Assembly (NCBI GenBank): GCA_963847445.1
Contig: CAWJZV010000028.1
Location: 60,973 to 124,972 of the forward strand
Reading direction: 5' to 3'
From: an uncultured delta proteobacterium
GTDB taxonomy: Bacteria; Desulfobacterota; Binatia; UBA9968
Length of the DNA: 64,000 bases
Part shown: positions 54,033 through 64,000 of the stretch, piece after piece
Layout of the letters: every line of letters starts with the position of its first letter
Position numbering within the stretch: position 1 is the first letter of the stretch
The notes under the pieces: model-generated
The model's database searches: none
Seen by the model: only the letters and a program-made list of their open reading frames with translations
Told to the model about the DNA's origin: nothing
Made by a program: the position numbers and the translations under genes

Positions 54033-54980
54033 ACTACACGCTTGTCGGTCTTTTCATCGCGCTGCTCGGCGCTGGATTGGTCGCGGGAGTTCTTTGGCTC
54101 AGCCGAACCGATTATCGCGGCGTGTATGACCGCTACTACACCTACATGGACGAATCGGTATCGGGCCTGAGCAACGATTCGTCGGTCAAATACCGTGGCG
54201 TCGATGTCGGCCGGGTCAAAGAAATAGCGTCTTAATCCGGATAATCCCGAACAAGTGCGCGTGGCCATAGATCTCGTGCGCGGCACGCCGGTCAAGGAAG
54301 ACACTTTCGCCGTGCTCGAAACCCAGGGGTTGACGGGCATAACCACGGTGAACTTAACCGGCGGCGGCCGCGCGGCGCCGGTGCTGAAAGCAAAACCGGG
54401 GGAAGCTTATCCGGTGATCAAGAGCCAACCCTCTTTGCTAGCCCAGCTCACCGGCGGCCTCGCGCGTATCGCAAGCAATCAACAGTTGCCGATCCTGTTG
54501 GCCAACCTCGATAACTTGACGCAAGATGCGCGCGGCATATTAGACGCGCAAAACCGCGCCGGGATCAAGCAAATACTCGCCGATTTAACTCAGGTTACGC
54601 GAACCCTCGCGGCCCATCGGGGCGAGCTCGCAGACGGCATTACTAAAGCCGACGCCGCGCTGGATCGCTTCGCCGCGGTAGGCAAGAGACTGGATGAACG
54701 GCTGCCCGAAGTCTTGGATCAAACCACGGCGAGCGTGCGGGCGCTGCGCGACATGACTAACGAAATCGCCCGTGCCAGCGCTTCATTTGGCGCCACCGTC
54801 GACGGCAGCCGCGCGGATATCGCGCAGTTCACCGGCCAGACCTTGCCTGAGTCGGCTGTCTTGATTGCCGAAGTGCGCCAGCTAACGGCAACCTTACAGC
54901 GACTAGCCAGCGAACTGGAGCGCGAGCCCAGCGCATTGGTCTTTGGCCGCGCCCGGCCAGTGCGCGGTCCAGGAGAATGA
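54017..54980 (+). CDS. MlaD/MCE family protein (frameshift ~54228)
   Basis: ESVSGL..S.VKYRGV.VGRV, QGLTG and coiled-coil tail. Confidence 0.9.
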
Positions 54981-54984
54981 CACC

Positions 54985-55620
54985 ATGACTAGCCACGCCG
55001 CAATGCTTCGAACTTTAACGCTCACGCTTGTTCTGTTTGCTGAGTTCCTGCGCCCTGGGTCCCGTCGAAACCAGCGCGCCGCGCAGCTATTTCCTCAACC
55101 CGGAGATCTCCTGGAATAACCCGCACGGTCACGGCGAGCGCATCGGCACCGCCGTTCTCCTGATCACCCAGCCCAAACCACAAGCCGGCTTTGACACCGC
55201 GCGCATGGCCTATCTGCTGCGCCCTTATGAAGATCAACTATTTCGCCTTCAACCAGTGGGCCGACACGCCGGCGCGCATGGTGCAGCAAATCATGGTCGA
55301 GAACCTAGACAAGACCGGCCGGTGGCGCGCCGTGCTGCCCGCCGCGGGCGCAGCACCCGCGCAGTATCGTCTCGATTACGGACAATCTCATCTTGGAACA
55401 GCAGTTCTTCTCCCACCCCAGCCTTGTGCGGCTGTCAGTCCGCGCGCAGATTATTGACACGAAAAGAGCGGCGATCCTGGCGACGCGATACTTTGAAGTG
55501 CTCGAAGTTGCCCCAACTGAAGACGCCTACGGCGGCGTCCAGGCCGCGAATCACGCGGCGGCAAAACTTCTTATCGAGCTGGCAAGCTGGCTAGATGCTG
55601 TCATGAAAGAAACCAAGTAA
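54985..55620 (+). CDS. PqiC-like ABC auxiliary lipoprotein (frameshifted)
   Basis: LSSC lipobox, GFDT.RMAY, QWADTP and A..GV.A.N.A. Confidence 0.82.
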
Positions 55621-55941
55621 GCGAAAAATCCGCATGATCTCGTGCGAACTTGCGCCGATTGTATTTGGCCAATGGAAAAACTACCAGGGCGCGGATCGCT
55701 CTGTCTAAATGATTACGCCGCCCGCTCCTTCGGTCACCTATCCCGAACCGGCTTTCTCCCCGCCAGGGTGAAGTTGTCGACTCTAGTTCGACTCTATTTC
55801 CGTCAGTGCTGCGAAAGCAGGTAATTCAGAGCTATTTCACCCAGCCGAAAACGAACCTGGATGCCGGCGAGACTTTACGAACTTTCACTTCGTCTTAAAG
55901 CGAAAGATTTCGATCATCACGAAATAAACTTAATTCGCTAA

Positions 55942-56145
55942 CTAAGCCGTTTGCAGCGCCATTTCATGACTAGGCTTTCTATGAGATCTGCGGTTCAGCA
56001 CCGGTTCGTGATCGCGAATCTGATCCAACCTGGCTTGAAACCAAGTTCCCTTTGGCCAATCCCAATTTTGCTGCGTCAGCTCATCCTCTTCGTAGCAGCC
56101 GCCATTGACCGGACTTTGAAAAAAGATCGACTCCCAAGCGCTCAT
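55942..56145 (-). CDS. Small hypothetical protein
   Basis: GGGGAG RBS and an upstream sigma-54 motif; no family recognised. Confidence 0.4.
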   Translation of the reverse strand: MSAWESIFFQSPVNGGCYEEDELTQQNWDWPKGTWFQARLDQIRDHEPVLNRRSHRKPSHEMALQTA

Positions 56146-56193
56146 GAATTTCTCCCCCTTCTTTTTATCAACTCGAGTTGTTTTCTATGCATG

Positions 56194-56209
56194 CGCAAAG
56201 GTGATGCCA
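56194..56209 (-). promoter_or_regulatory. Putative sigma-54 promoter
   Basis: Minus strand TGGCATCACCTTTGCG. Confidence 0.65.
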
Positions 56210-56872
56210 AGGAGTTTCGAAGATCGAGCCGCAAGCAGCGACAGGTTTTGCTGGATTTGTGAAAACTGTAATGGCTTTGAGTTTTCACAGTTGCGATAAT
56301 CCTCCCCTCCACTTGCCATTTTTGCGAAGGAACAACTTCTTTTTTTAATTGCTTGCTTTGTCTGGATTCGGAACGAACAGACGGATGAGTTTATTTACCG
56401 GCGTGGGCGCTACGAACGATCAACAGCACCCGTCTGTGGCACCAGGTGCAAGAGACAGGTTGACATGACCGCGCGCTACTGCGACTCGCTACGCTGATTC
56501 CCTGCTGCATGGCCCGAAAATCGCATTGTGATTGGACCAAACATCGCCGGATGTTAGGCGCAGGACATATGCCGCACCACGACGCTCAGACATTAGTAAT
56601 TCTGTTGGTTTGCTTTCTACCCGCTGTCTCTACAACGTCGTCGGTAGAACTGACCGCATATACACCGCGAAGCCATGCTTCGCTCGCCGCCCGGGCTGAC
56701 GCGATTGGTAAATTGTTTACCGCCGAATTTCCCTTCTCCAGTGTGCCCACCGAGCTTGCCGCCAAACCAAGCCGCGGAACCGCCGGCGGTCCAAACCCGG
56801 CGACTGCACTGAGCCGGAAGGAATCGCGGCAGACTGGCCGCATCGACAACCTGCTAAGCGCTGGAGACCGCG

Positions 56873-58030
56873 GTGAGTGATAGAGTCCATTTCGGCATCA
56901 TCGCGATCCTGCTGCTGGCAGCCTTGTCGTTTGTCGGCGCCACACTGACAACGGCGGCAGAGCCGCCGCCGTCCGAGGAGCTGCAAGTTTTTGTCCGTCC
57001 CGGTTGTCCCTACTGCGAAGCCGCCAAACGATTCTTGCCCGAGCTGCAGCGCGCCCGGCCCGCGCTGCGCATTCACATTCGCGACATCACCGCAGATCGC
57101 CAAGCATTGGCGGATCTGCAAAATCTCGCCGATCGATTCGGCCTGCACCCCATCGGCGTGCCGGCTTTTTACCTGCGCGGAAAGTTGATCGTCGGTTTTG
57201 ACAGCGCTGAAACCACCGGGCGGGAACTGGCAGCGCTGCTCGATCAATCGGCGGCGCAAGCGCTTGCCAATGGTCCAGCCCATGCCATTCAGTTGCCGCT
57301 GCTCGGCCCAGTCGACCTGCGCCGTTTAGGGCTGCCGCTTTTCACCATCGTCTTGGGCCTGCTCGACGGCTTCAATCCCTGCGCCATGTGGGTGCTGCTG
57401 TTTCTGCTGTCGATGCTGATCAACCTGAGCAACCGCAAGAAAATGTTTCTGATCGGCGGCGTTTTTGTCGCCGTCAGCGGCTTGGTTTACTTCGCCTTCA
57501 TGGCCGCCTGGCTCAACATTTTTTTCTTGATCGGCATGTCGCGCCTGACCCAGCTGTTGCTCGGTGCCATCGCCCTGCTGGTCGGCAGCCTCAATGTAAA
57601 GGACTATTTCGCTTTCGGCGCCGGGCTGTCGGTGGGTATTCCCGAACGCGCCAAGCCGCATATCTATCGCCGAGTGCGCCAAATCATACGCGCCGAGAAC
57701 TTGACCGGAGCGCTGGCGGCGGTGATCCTGCTGGCGTTGCTGGTGAATACCGTGGAGCTGCTCTGCACCGCCGGCATTCCGGCGATCTACACCAGAGTGC
57801 TGACCGAGCAGGCTCTGCCCGGCTGGGCCTACTACGGCTACTTGGCGCTCTACAATCTCGCTTACATGGCCGACGATAGTTTGATGCTGGCGATCGCCGT
57901 GGTGACTCTCAGCGGGCAGAAACTCCAAGAACGCGGCGGCCGCTGGCTAAAGCTCTTGAGCGGCATGGTCATGCTGGCACTCGGTCTGGTCTTGCTACTC
58001 AGACCCGAGTGGCTCGGGGAGATTGGCTGA
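56873..58030 (+). CDS. Glutaredoxin-domain (CPYC) membrane protein with CcdA/DsbD-like TM domain
   Basis: GCPYC, GVP, LDGFNPCAMWVL and ELLCTAG.P. Confidence 0.85.
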   Translation: MSDRVHFGIIAILLLAALSFVGATLTTAAEPPPSEELQVFVRPGCPYCEAAKRFLPELQRARPALRIHIRDITADRQALADLQNLADRFGLHPIGVPAFYLRGKLIVGFDSAETTGRELAALLDQSAAQALANGPAHAIQLPLLGPVDLRRLGLPLFTIVLGLLDGFNPCAMWVLLFLLSMLINLSNRKKMFLIGGVFVAVSGLVYFAFMAAWLNIFFLIGMSRLTQLLLGAIALLVGSLNVKDYFAFGAGLSVGIPERAKPHIYRRVRQIIRAENLTGALAAVILLALLVNTVELLCTAGIPAIYTRVLTEQALPGWAYYGYLALYNLAYMADDSLMLAIAVVTLSGQKLQERGGRWLKLLSGMVMLALGLVLLLRPEWLGEIG

Positions 58031-58061
58031 TAGGCGCCGTAGCCGGAAACCCAGGCGGTCA

Positions 58062-58724
58062 ATGATGCGACGCCGCACAACGGTAATTCCTCTGTTGTTG
58101 ATCCTCGGCATGTCCGGCTGTGGCTGGATCCGCCAAAACCGCGTGGTAAATTCTCCAGGCCTGGGTCGCATCGACAACAATATCTACACCAGTCCGCACC
58201 AATCCTTTCGGCTTCGCCTTCCCTGGCTTGCACCCGACGCGACATTGCGCGACGAGCAACCCACCGCTGATACACTACTCGTGACCATCGAGGATGACCT
58301 GTGCCGTGAATTTGTCGTTTCCGAGCGGCCTGGCTCTCTGGGTAAGGAGTCGCTCCAATCATGGGTCGATGCGCATATCGTCGAGGAGCTAAAGCGGCTT
58401 GGATTCGAGGTGCGGAGCAAGCCGTTAACGACGCGCAACGGCACGGTGATAGAGCTGCGCTATCGGGCGCCCGCCGCTGCTCCTTGTCGGCAAACAAAGG
58501 ATGCAGATGGCAAACCGGTCGTTGCCAAACTCGATGCCGACGTCGGTTGGTATGTTTATCATCGCGATGGCGTGTTCTACCGCTTGATCTATGTCGTAGC
58601 CATAGGCCCGGGCGCCCCGCGCCTATGGTATATCAATCGCGAACCTGTCGATGCGGTGCTGGCGCAATTCGCCGAGGGCTTTGAAATTCTTAAAATGAAC
58701 GCCCGGCAAGGTCCGACGAACTAA
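58062..58724 (+). CDS. Hypothetical lipoprotein
   Basis: MMRRR-hydrophobic-MSGC lipobox. Confidence 0.6.
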   Translation: MMRRRTTVIPLLLILGMSGCGWIRQNRVVNSPGLGRIDNNIYTSPHQSFRLRLPWLAPDATLRDEQPTADTLLVTIEDDLCREFVVSERPGSLGKESLQSWVDAHIVEELKRLGFEVRSKPLTTRNGTVIELRYRAPAAAPCRQTKDADGKPVVAKLDADVGWYVYHRDGVFYRLIYVVAIGPGAPRLWYINREPVDAVLAQFAEGFEILKMNARQGPTN

Positions 58725-58977
58725 AAGCTGAGCAAGGTCCGGCGGTTTCACCCTGTCAGGCTGGTGCCGAACCATCGAGCCGCTAATGCACCGCGCACAT
58801 CCTGGATTCAAGATGACGATAGAGCAATTGGCATACCTCGATGCCAATTCAACTCGCTCGGCATGGCGGTCGATTATGCACAGCAAACTCGACCGCCTGG
58901 CTGTCACTCACTGAGAATTGGCAACGATATTTTTGTCAGTTGTGAAAAATTATTACCGCCGCCTCGACGCAGGCCAA

Positions 58978-58993
58978 TGGCACGGCGCTTGCG
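58978..58993 (+). promoter_or_regulatory. Putative sigma-54 promoter
   Basis: TGGCACGGCGCTTGCG, close to consensus TGGCAC-N5-TTGC. Confidence 0.78.
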
Positions 58994-59084
58994 CTGTTAT
59001 CCGATTGACGGGAGCGTTATCAATCAGCCGGGGATAAGCTGCTCTCTAAGTTTCGACTGAGGCCGGCTGACCAAGGAGCTGACC

Positions 59085-59406
59085 ATGACTGGGCGTATTT
59101 CTACTCATCGCTGGCATTATCATTCTCGGCCTCTATTTCGTCGTCGCGCCAGCGGTTCTTAGCAGCTATCGCCGCTACCGCGGCCGCCGAACGATCATTT
59201 GCCCGGAAACCGATCAAATCGTCGAAATGGAATTGAAAGCCGGCCGGGCCGGTGTCATGGCAGCGCTCGGCAAGCAGGATCTGCGGGTCAAATGGTGCAG
59301 CCTTTGGCCACGCCGCAAGGGTTGCGCGCAGGAATGCGTAAAAGACGATTGGCCCGCAGCCGGTGAACCGCGCGCCGACGATCGGGCTCATGCTAACGGC
59401 GTTTAG
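59085..59406 (+). CDS. Small membrane-anchored 4-Cys protein (missed by the ORF track; +1 indel after start)
   Basis: AAGGAG RBS and ATG, then GVFLLIAGIIILGLYFVVAP...RYRGRRTIICPET...LRVKWCSLWPRRKGCAQEC, stop at 59404. Confidence 0.75.
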
Positions 59407-59533
59407 AAACAGCGAGAGCTGAAACCTTCGTATTATTATGTTGAGAATCTGCCGCCCGGGCAAATTTTCTCAGCCCAGAGTTTCGGATGCGAATCTTCCT
59501 CGCGCCAAGGACGACAAGTGACGGCGCTCTGTC

Positions 59534-59590
59534 CGTCATCCCGAGTCGAGACGAGGGATCCGCGAAGATTTCTCCTTCGGTCGAAATGAC
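59534..59590. repeat. GTCAT...ATGAC palindromic REP-like element
   Basis: gtcatcccgagtcgagacgagggatc...gatttctccttcggtcgaaatgac; similar to 5471..5528. Confidence 0.75.
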
Positions 59591-59715
59591 AATCAACTTA
59601 TTCCTTTGCGCTCTTTGCGTGCTTGGCGCGAGATATTCCGGAATTCGCTTTCGGCTGCGCCGCGCTAGGTCCTTCGTGGTGAAGCAACGCCCTTGATATG
59701 TCGGCGAAATCCAGG

Positions 59716-61039
59716 CTAGGCTGAGGCATCCACCAGCGCCGCGACCCGGCGGCCTTCGGCGACATCGACACGACGCAACAAAAGCGCCCCCGCGGCAAAC
59801 AGTAGGGTGATCGACACGATGCCCCAGCGGCTGCTGCCGGTGAGCTGGCCGACCAAAGCAAAAATCACCGGGCCGACGATACCCGCGACTTTCTCCCCGG
59901 TGCTGAAAAAACCGAAGAACTCGGCGCTATGGGTTTTTGGCACCATGGTACGCGAACAGCGAGCGGCTGAGCGCCTGGGTGCCGCCCTGCACCACGCCGA
60001 CCATGATCGCCAACGCGTAAAACTCCCAGCTGCTGCGCACGAAAAAACCGGCGACGGAAATCACCGAGTAGACAGCGAGACCGAAAAAAATTGCCCGTTT
60101 CGCGCCCCAATACCGCGCCAGCACGCCGAAACCGATGGAACATGGAAATCCGATGAATTGTGTGAGAATGAGCGCGCCAAGCATGTCGTTGTGATCGACG
60201 CCGATTTCGTCGCCATAGGCGGCTGCAAGTTTGATGATCGTGCCGATGCCGTCGTTGTAGAGCCAAAATGCCGCGAGGAACAGCGTCAGCTCGCGGTAGC
60301 GGCGAATCTGTCTGAAGGTTTGCCGCAAACGCGCCAAGCTGTCGGCGAACGCACGAGACGCCGGCGGTCGGCCGCGAACCATAGGTTCCGCCACGGTGCG
60401 AAATAGCGGCATGGCGAAAACCAACCACCAACCAGCCACGCTGATAAAACAGGCGCGCAGGGCGACGCTTCGATCCGCCATCCAGAACCATTGCGGCCGA
60501 TAGAGCCACAGCGCATTGACGACCAGCAGCAGTCCGCCGCCAAGATAACCGAGAGCATAGCCGCGCGCCGAGACCCGATCCAAGTCGTCCGACCGCGCCA
60601 CCTGGGGCAACAGCGACTCATAAAATATATTGCCGCCGGCAAAGCCGAGGTTGGCGACCGCGAACAGGAGTGAAGCGAGGAGATATTCGCCAGGGCCAAG
60701 CAACGCCAGACTCGCCGTGCCGAGAACACCGAGCCATAAGGCCACCGCCAGGAAGCGCTTCTTGGCGCCGAGAAGATCCGCCGCCGCGCCGGCCACCGGA
60801 CCGATCGCCGCGACCAATAGCAGCGACAGCGACGTCGTGTACGCCCAGTACGCCGTGGCGGTTTGCGGCGCCGCGCCGGCGTCCAGCGCCAGCGCCCGAT
60901 AGTACACTGGAAAAATCGCCGTGAGGATGACGACGGCGAACCCAGAGTTCGCCCAGTCGTACATCGCCCAGCCATGCACGACCCGCTGATAATCCCGTTC
61001 GGCGCTCTGCGACGGCTGGTTCACTCTACCATCGTCCAT
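59716..61039 (-). CDS. MFS transporter, UMF1/ATG22-like (frameshift ~59945)
   Basis: WAMYDWANS, FYESLLP, YNDG..T, QALSRS and EFFGF. Confidence 0.9.
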
Positions 61040-61040
61040 A

Positions 61041-61917
61041 TCAGCGCGGCCGAATCACCAGCACCGGTCCACTCGTGTAACGCACGACCCGTTCGGTCAC
61101 GCTACCCAACGGCCAGTTGCCGACTCCCGACTCGCCCAACGTGCACAGGGCGACCAGGCTTTCGGGAGTCTTGTTGACGAGATCGACGATCGCTGCCGCA
61201 GCGCCATCGGCGCCGCTTTCAAGCACCACCGACTCGACCTGCGTTAGCCCTTGCTGGCGCAGTTGGTCTGCTTTATCGATCAAGTATCCATTCGCCTCGG
61301 CGCGCGCCTCTTCCCAGAGTTTTTTGAGATTGGGCGCATTGGCGCCGAACACCGGCAGGAAGGCTTCCGGCGGCGCGCTGTAGATACGCCTGGTGACGCG
61401 GACCAATTCGACTTGGAGAGACAAGCGCGAAGCCAATTCGCTCACCGTCGGCAATACCGTTTCGGCGAGTTTGGAACCGTCGAGCGGAACCAGAACGGTG
61501 GTCAACTTCGCCTCCGCACGCGGCTCGCCGTTCGCTGGGCGCACCAGCAGAAGGTGATTTGCCGCCGCGCGCAGCACTTTTTCGGCGACGCTGCCCAACA
61601 GCCAGCGCTTGGCACCGGAATAACCATGAGTCGCCATGGCGATCAGCGATCTCCGGCTGCGCCGCCGCCACTTCGACAATCGTCGCCGCCGTGTGGCCGG
61701 TTTCGACTATCGAACCGACGGCGCCGCCGAAAGACTCGCCAATGCGTGGCAAATATTGGTTGGCCATGAATGGCGCGAACGCGGGCGGCTCCTGCGGATC
61801 GTGCACGTACAAAAAGTCCACGGGGATACTGAGTTGCCGGGCCAGCACGCGCGCATAGGGCAACACAGCTTCGGCGAATTTCGAACCATCGAGCGGTATC
61901 AAGATCTTGCTATACAT
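61041..61917 (-). CDS. Tandem-domain universal stress protein (frameshift ~61650)
   Basis: MYSKILIPLDGS, THGYSG..RWLLGSVAE and GSVTERV. Confidence 0.88.
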
Positions 61918-62006
61918 AGCCCCTCATCGTCTAATCAAATCGTTTGGACCTGGATTCGCTCAAGATACTGAAATTTCGACGCGATTCCATCCATGACAGA
62001 CTTCAG

Positions 62007-62022
62007 AGCGATAACCGTGCCG
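62007..62022 (-). promoter_or_regulatory. Putative sigma-54 promoter (weaker)
   Basis: Minus strand CGGCACGGTTATCGCT. Confidence 0.5.
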
Positions 62023-62204
62023 GCAACCCGCGACTGTAATGCCACGCGCGAATTTGCTTTGACGTCAAAGAAAGCCAGCCAATTGAGGGTTTTCGTCTGT
62101 ACCCATGGCCCGCAGGGACTTATCGTTAATTTCATTCTTGCGAATCGTTAAGCGTGTTTATGTCAAATTTGCAAAGCGCGACAGCCTCCACCCGTGAGAT
62201 TCTC

Positions 62205-62220
62205 TGGTATGTCGATTGCT
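62205..62220 (+). promoter_or_regulatory. Putative sigma-54 promoter
   Basis: TGGTATGTCGATTGCT, upstream of cytochrome c. Confidence 0.7.
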
Positions 62221-62255
62221 GCTTATTCGATTCGAGATCAAGGAGATTTGACGAT

Positions 62256-62684
62256 ATGGCATCACTCGCATTCAAAGCGGCGGAAATTATTCTCGGGTTG
62301 ATTTTCTTGTTGTCGCTGCCGTCACCGTTGGCAACAGCTCAAGAGGTGGAAGTGATCGCCGGCGGCGAGCTAGAGTACCAAAACGCATGCGCGGTTTGTC
62401 ACGGCGGCGACGCCAGGGGCAACGGCATCATGAGCCCGTACTTGACCGTGAAGCCCGCCAACCTGCGCCGGCTCACCCTCACCCCCGGTGGCAGTTTTCC
62501 CTTTTGGCAAGTCTACCGAAAGATCGATGGGCAGTTGGAGATCCGCGGCCATGGCACAAGAGACATGCCGATCTGGGGCGACCGCTTCCGCGCCCAGGCG
62601 GGCGGTGATAGCAAAAGCGCCCGGACTCAGGCAGCTGGGCGAATACTCAGCTTGGTTTTCTATTTGCAGCATCTCCAAGAATAG
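62256..62684 (+). CDS. Monoheme cytochrome c
   Basis: Signal peptide, CAVCH and HGTRDMPIWG; AAGGAG RBS. Confidence 0.92.
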   Translation: MASLAFKAAEIILGLIFLLSLPSPLATAQEVEVIAGGELEYQNACAVCHGGDARGNGIMSPYLTVKPANLRRLTLTPGGSFPFWQVYRKIDGQLEIRGHGTRDMPIWGDRFRAQAGGDSKSARTQAAGRILSLVFYLQHLQE

Positions 62685-62731
62685 TCATCGGCGCGCTATC
62701 CCCAAGCAGCGTTACAGAGTAGGGTAAGATC

Positions 62732-63511
62732 ATGCTAGAGATCATTCAACAAATCCTCGGACCCGCTGGCGTTGTGTTCGTCATCGCCGCGATCGTTCTG
62801 ATCAGCGGTATCAAGATCCTCAAGGAATACCAGCGCGCCGTGATCTTTCGCTTGGGACGGATGGTCCGGCCGCGCGGCCCAGGGATCACTTACGTCATTC
62901 CCTTAATCGAAAAGATGGTGCGCGTCGATCTGCGCACCGTCACCATGGACGTGCCGCCGCAGGACGTCATCACTCGGGACAATGTCTCGGTCAAAGTCAG
63001 CGCGGTGCTCTATTTCCGTGTTCTGGACCCGGTGCGCGCCATCCGTGAAGTCGAAAATTATCTGTTTGCCACTTCGCAACTGGCGCAGGTAACCTTGCGC
63101 AGCATCTGCGGCCAGGGAGAACTCGACGAGTTGCTCGCCGAAAGAGAAAAGATCAATGCCCGAATCCAAACGATCCTCGACGCCCAAACCGAGCCCTGGG
63201 GCGTAAAAGTCGTCCTGGTCGAGCTCAAACATATCGATCTGCCGCAGGAAATGCAGCGTGCCATGGCGAAGCAAGCGGAAGCGGAGCGCGAACGGCGCGC
63301 CAAAATCATTCATGCCGAAGGCGAATTCCAGGCGGCGCAGAAGTTAGCCGACGCGGCGCAGGTCATCGCCGAACAGCCCACCGCGATTCATTTGCGCTTT
63401 TTGCAGAGCTTGGTCCAGGTGTCGGCGGAAAATAACCACACGGTGATCTTGCCCCTACCCGTCGATATCGTCACCCAAATGTTCGCTAAGGCAGCCAGCC
63501 TGTTAAAATAG
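62732..63511 (+). CDS. Stomatin/slipin (SPFH) family protein
   Basis: [20 protein letters not shown] and [15 protein letters not shown]. Confidence 0.95.
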   Translation: MLEIIQQILGPAGVVFVIAAIVLISGIKILKEYQRAVIFRLGRMVRPRGPGITYVIPLIEKMVRVDLRTVTMDVPPQDVITRDNVSVKVSAVLYFRVLDPVRAIREVENYLFATSQLAQVTLRSICGQGELDELLAEREKINARIQTILDAQTEPWGVKVVLVELKHIDLPQEMQRAMAKQAEAERERRAKIIHAEGEFQAAQKLADAAQVIAEQPTAIHLRFLQSLVQVSAENNHTVILPLPVDIVTQMFAKAASLLK

Positions 63512-63537
63512 CGTGCGGCCCTACGGGAGGACCCCAA

Positions 63538-63843
63538 ATGAACGTCGAGTTTACCCCGGACGAATCCTACGAGCACCACCGGCGCAACGTCGTCTGGTTT
63601 AGCGCCGTCGTCGATGAGAAAGTGATCGATTGCGCGATTTCAATCGAGGCCTTAACCGAACACTTCGGCGCCTATGCCGACGATCCGCTGCCCGCTTTCA
63701 GAAATCACCGCCAACGAATCTGGGATACCGCCGCCAAGCTGATCGCCCAACGGCGCTTCGAAGACGATGGCAGGATCTTGATTCAGAGCGCCGATTTAAC
63801 GCCGACGAATACTGGCGGAGCGGCGACCAGCGCGAACCGGTAA
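63538..63843 (+). CDS. DUF1488 family protein
   Basis: V.F.A......CAIS.EAL..HFG and AF..HR..I. Confidence 0.8.
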   Translation: MNVEFTPDESYEHHRRNVVWFSAVVDEKVIDCAISIEALTEHFGAYADDPLPAFRNHRQRIWDTAAKLIAQRRFEDDGRILIQSADLTPTNTGGAATSANR

Positions 63844-64000
63844 CGATCTCGCAAAGAAGCTGGGGCGGTTTACCGACTACCGATACCTTCTCAACACTGC
63901 TTCAAGATCGTCACTAAGTCGCAGCACCGATCTCCCGCTGGCGAAACGAGCTCCCCATATAACAATTCTCTATCCAACCGAATGCTTTTTGCTCTTTGCC

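Noticed and set aside
55620-55940. Structured ncRNA or riboswitch (CTGC-GAAA-GCAG hairpin)
   Set aside because: Only one short hairpin and no recognisable family motif.
56437-56450. Sigma-54 promoter TGGCACCAGGTGCA
   Set aside because: GG-GC spacing is 8 rather than 10.
56509-56880. 123-aa CDS upstream of the glutaredoxin gene
   Set aside because: No RBS or motif; cannot be supported.

Overview
A GC-rich bacterial chromosomal window. Gene style and repeats suggest a Binatia/deltaproteobacterium-like lineage, but this is only a guess. Single-base indels split many genes, most likely from long-read consensus errors. Left to right it holds: (1) a decayed type I restriction-modification locus with an intact RelE/HTH toxin-antitoxin pair between ~115-bp direct repeats; (2) USP, deacetylase, HlyIII and TctCAB genes; (3) hemerythrin, radical SAM and NnrS-like genes, divergent from an Rrf2-led operon for a Tat-exported molybdoenzyme of the anammox/Nitrospira periplasmic nitrite oxidoreductase (NXR) type, with a diheme-c/heme-b gamma candidate, chaperone and FmdE-MobB fusion; (4) a class I benzoyl-CoA reductase operon with a non-standard downstream gene set and a non-decarboxylating-type glutaryl-CoA dehydrogenase; (5) an ArsP/thioredoxin pair, an Hsp20-USP tandem array, a 2-oxoacid:ferredoxin oxidoreductase and an amino-acid dehydrogenase; (6) MgtE, DnaJ, Mla/MCE ABC, glutaredoxin-membrane, MFS, USP, cytochrome c and stomatin genes. 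Twelve sigma-54-type -24/-12 motifs lie just upstream of operon starts, suggesting a co-regulated anoxia island. A composite TTCAA/TTGAA palindromic repeat occupies consecutive junctions of the nxr-like operon and appears to supply ribosome-binding sites. No rRNA, tRNA, CRISPR array, integrase or transposase was recognised. Family calls come from motif recognition and recall, not from database searches.
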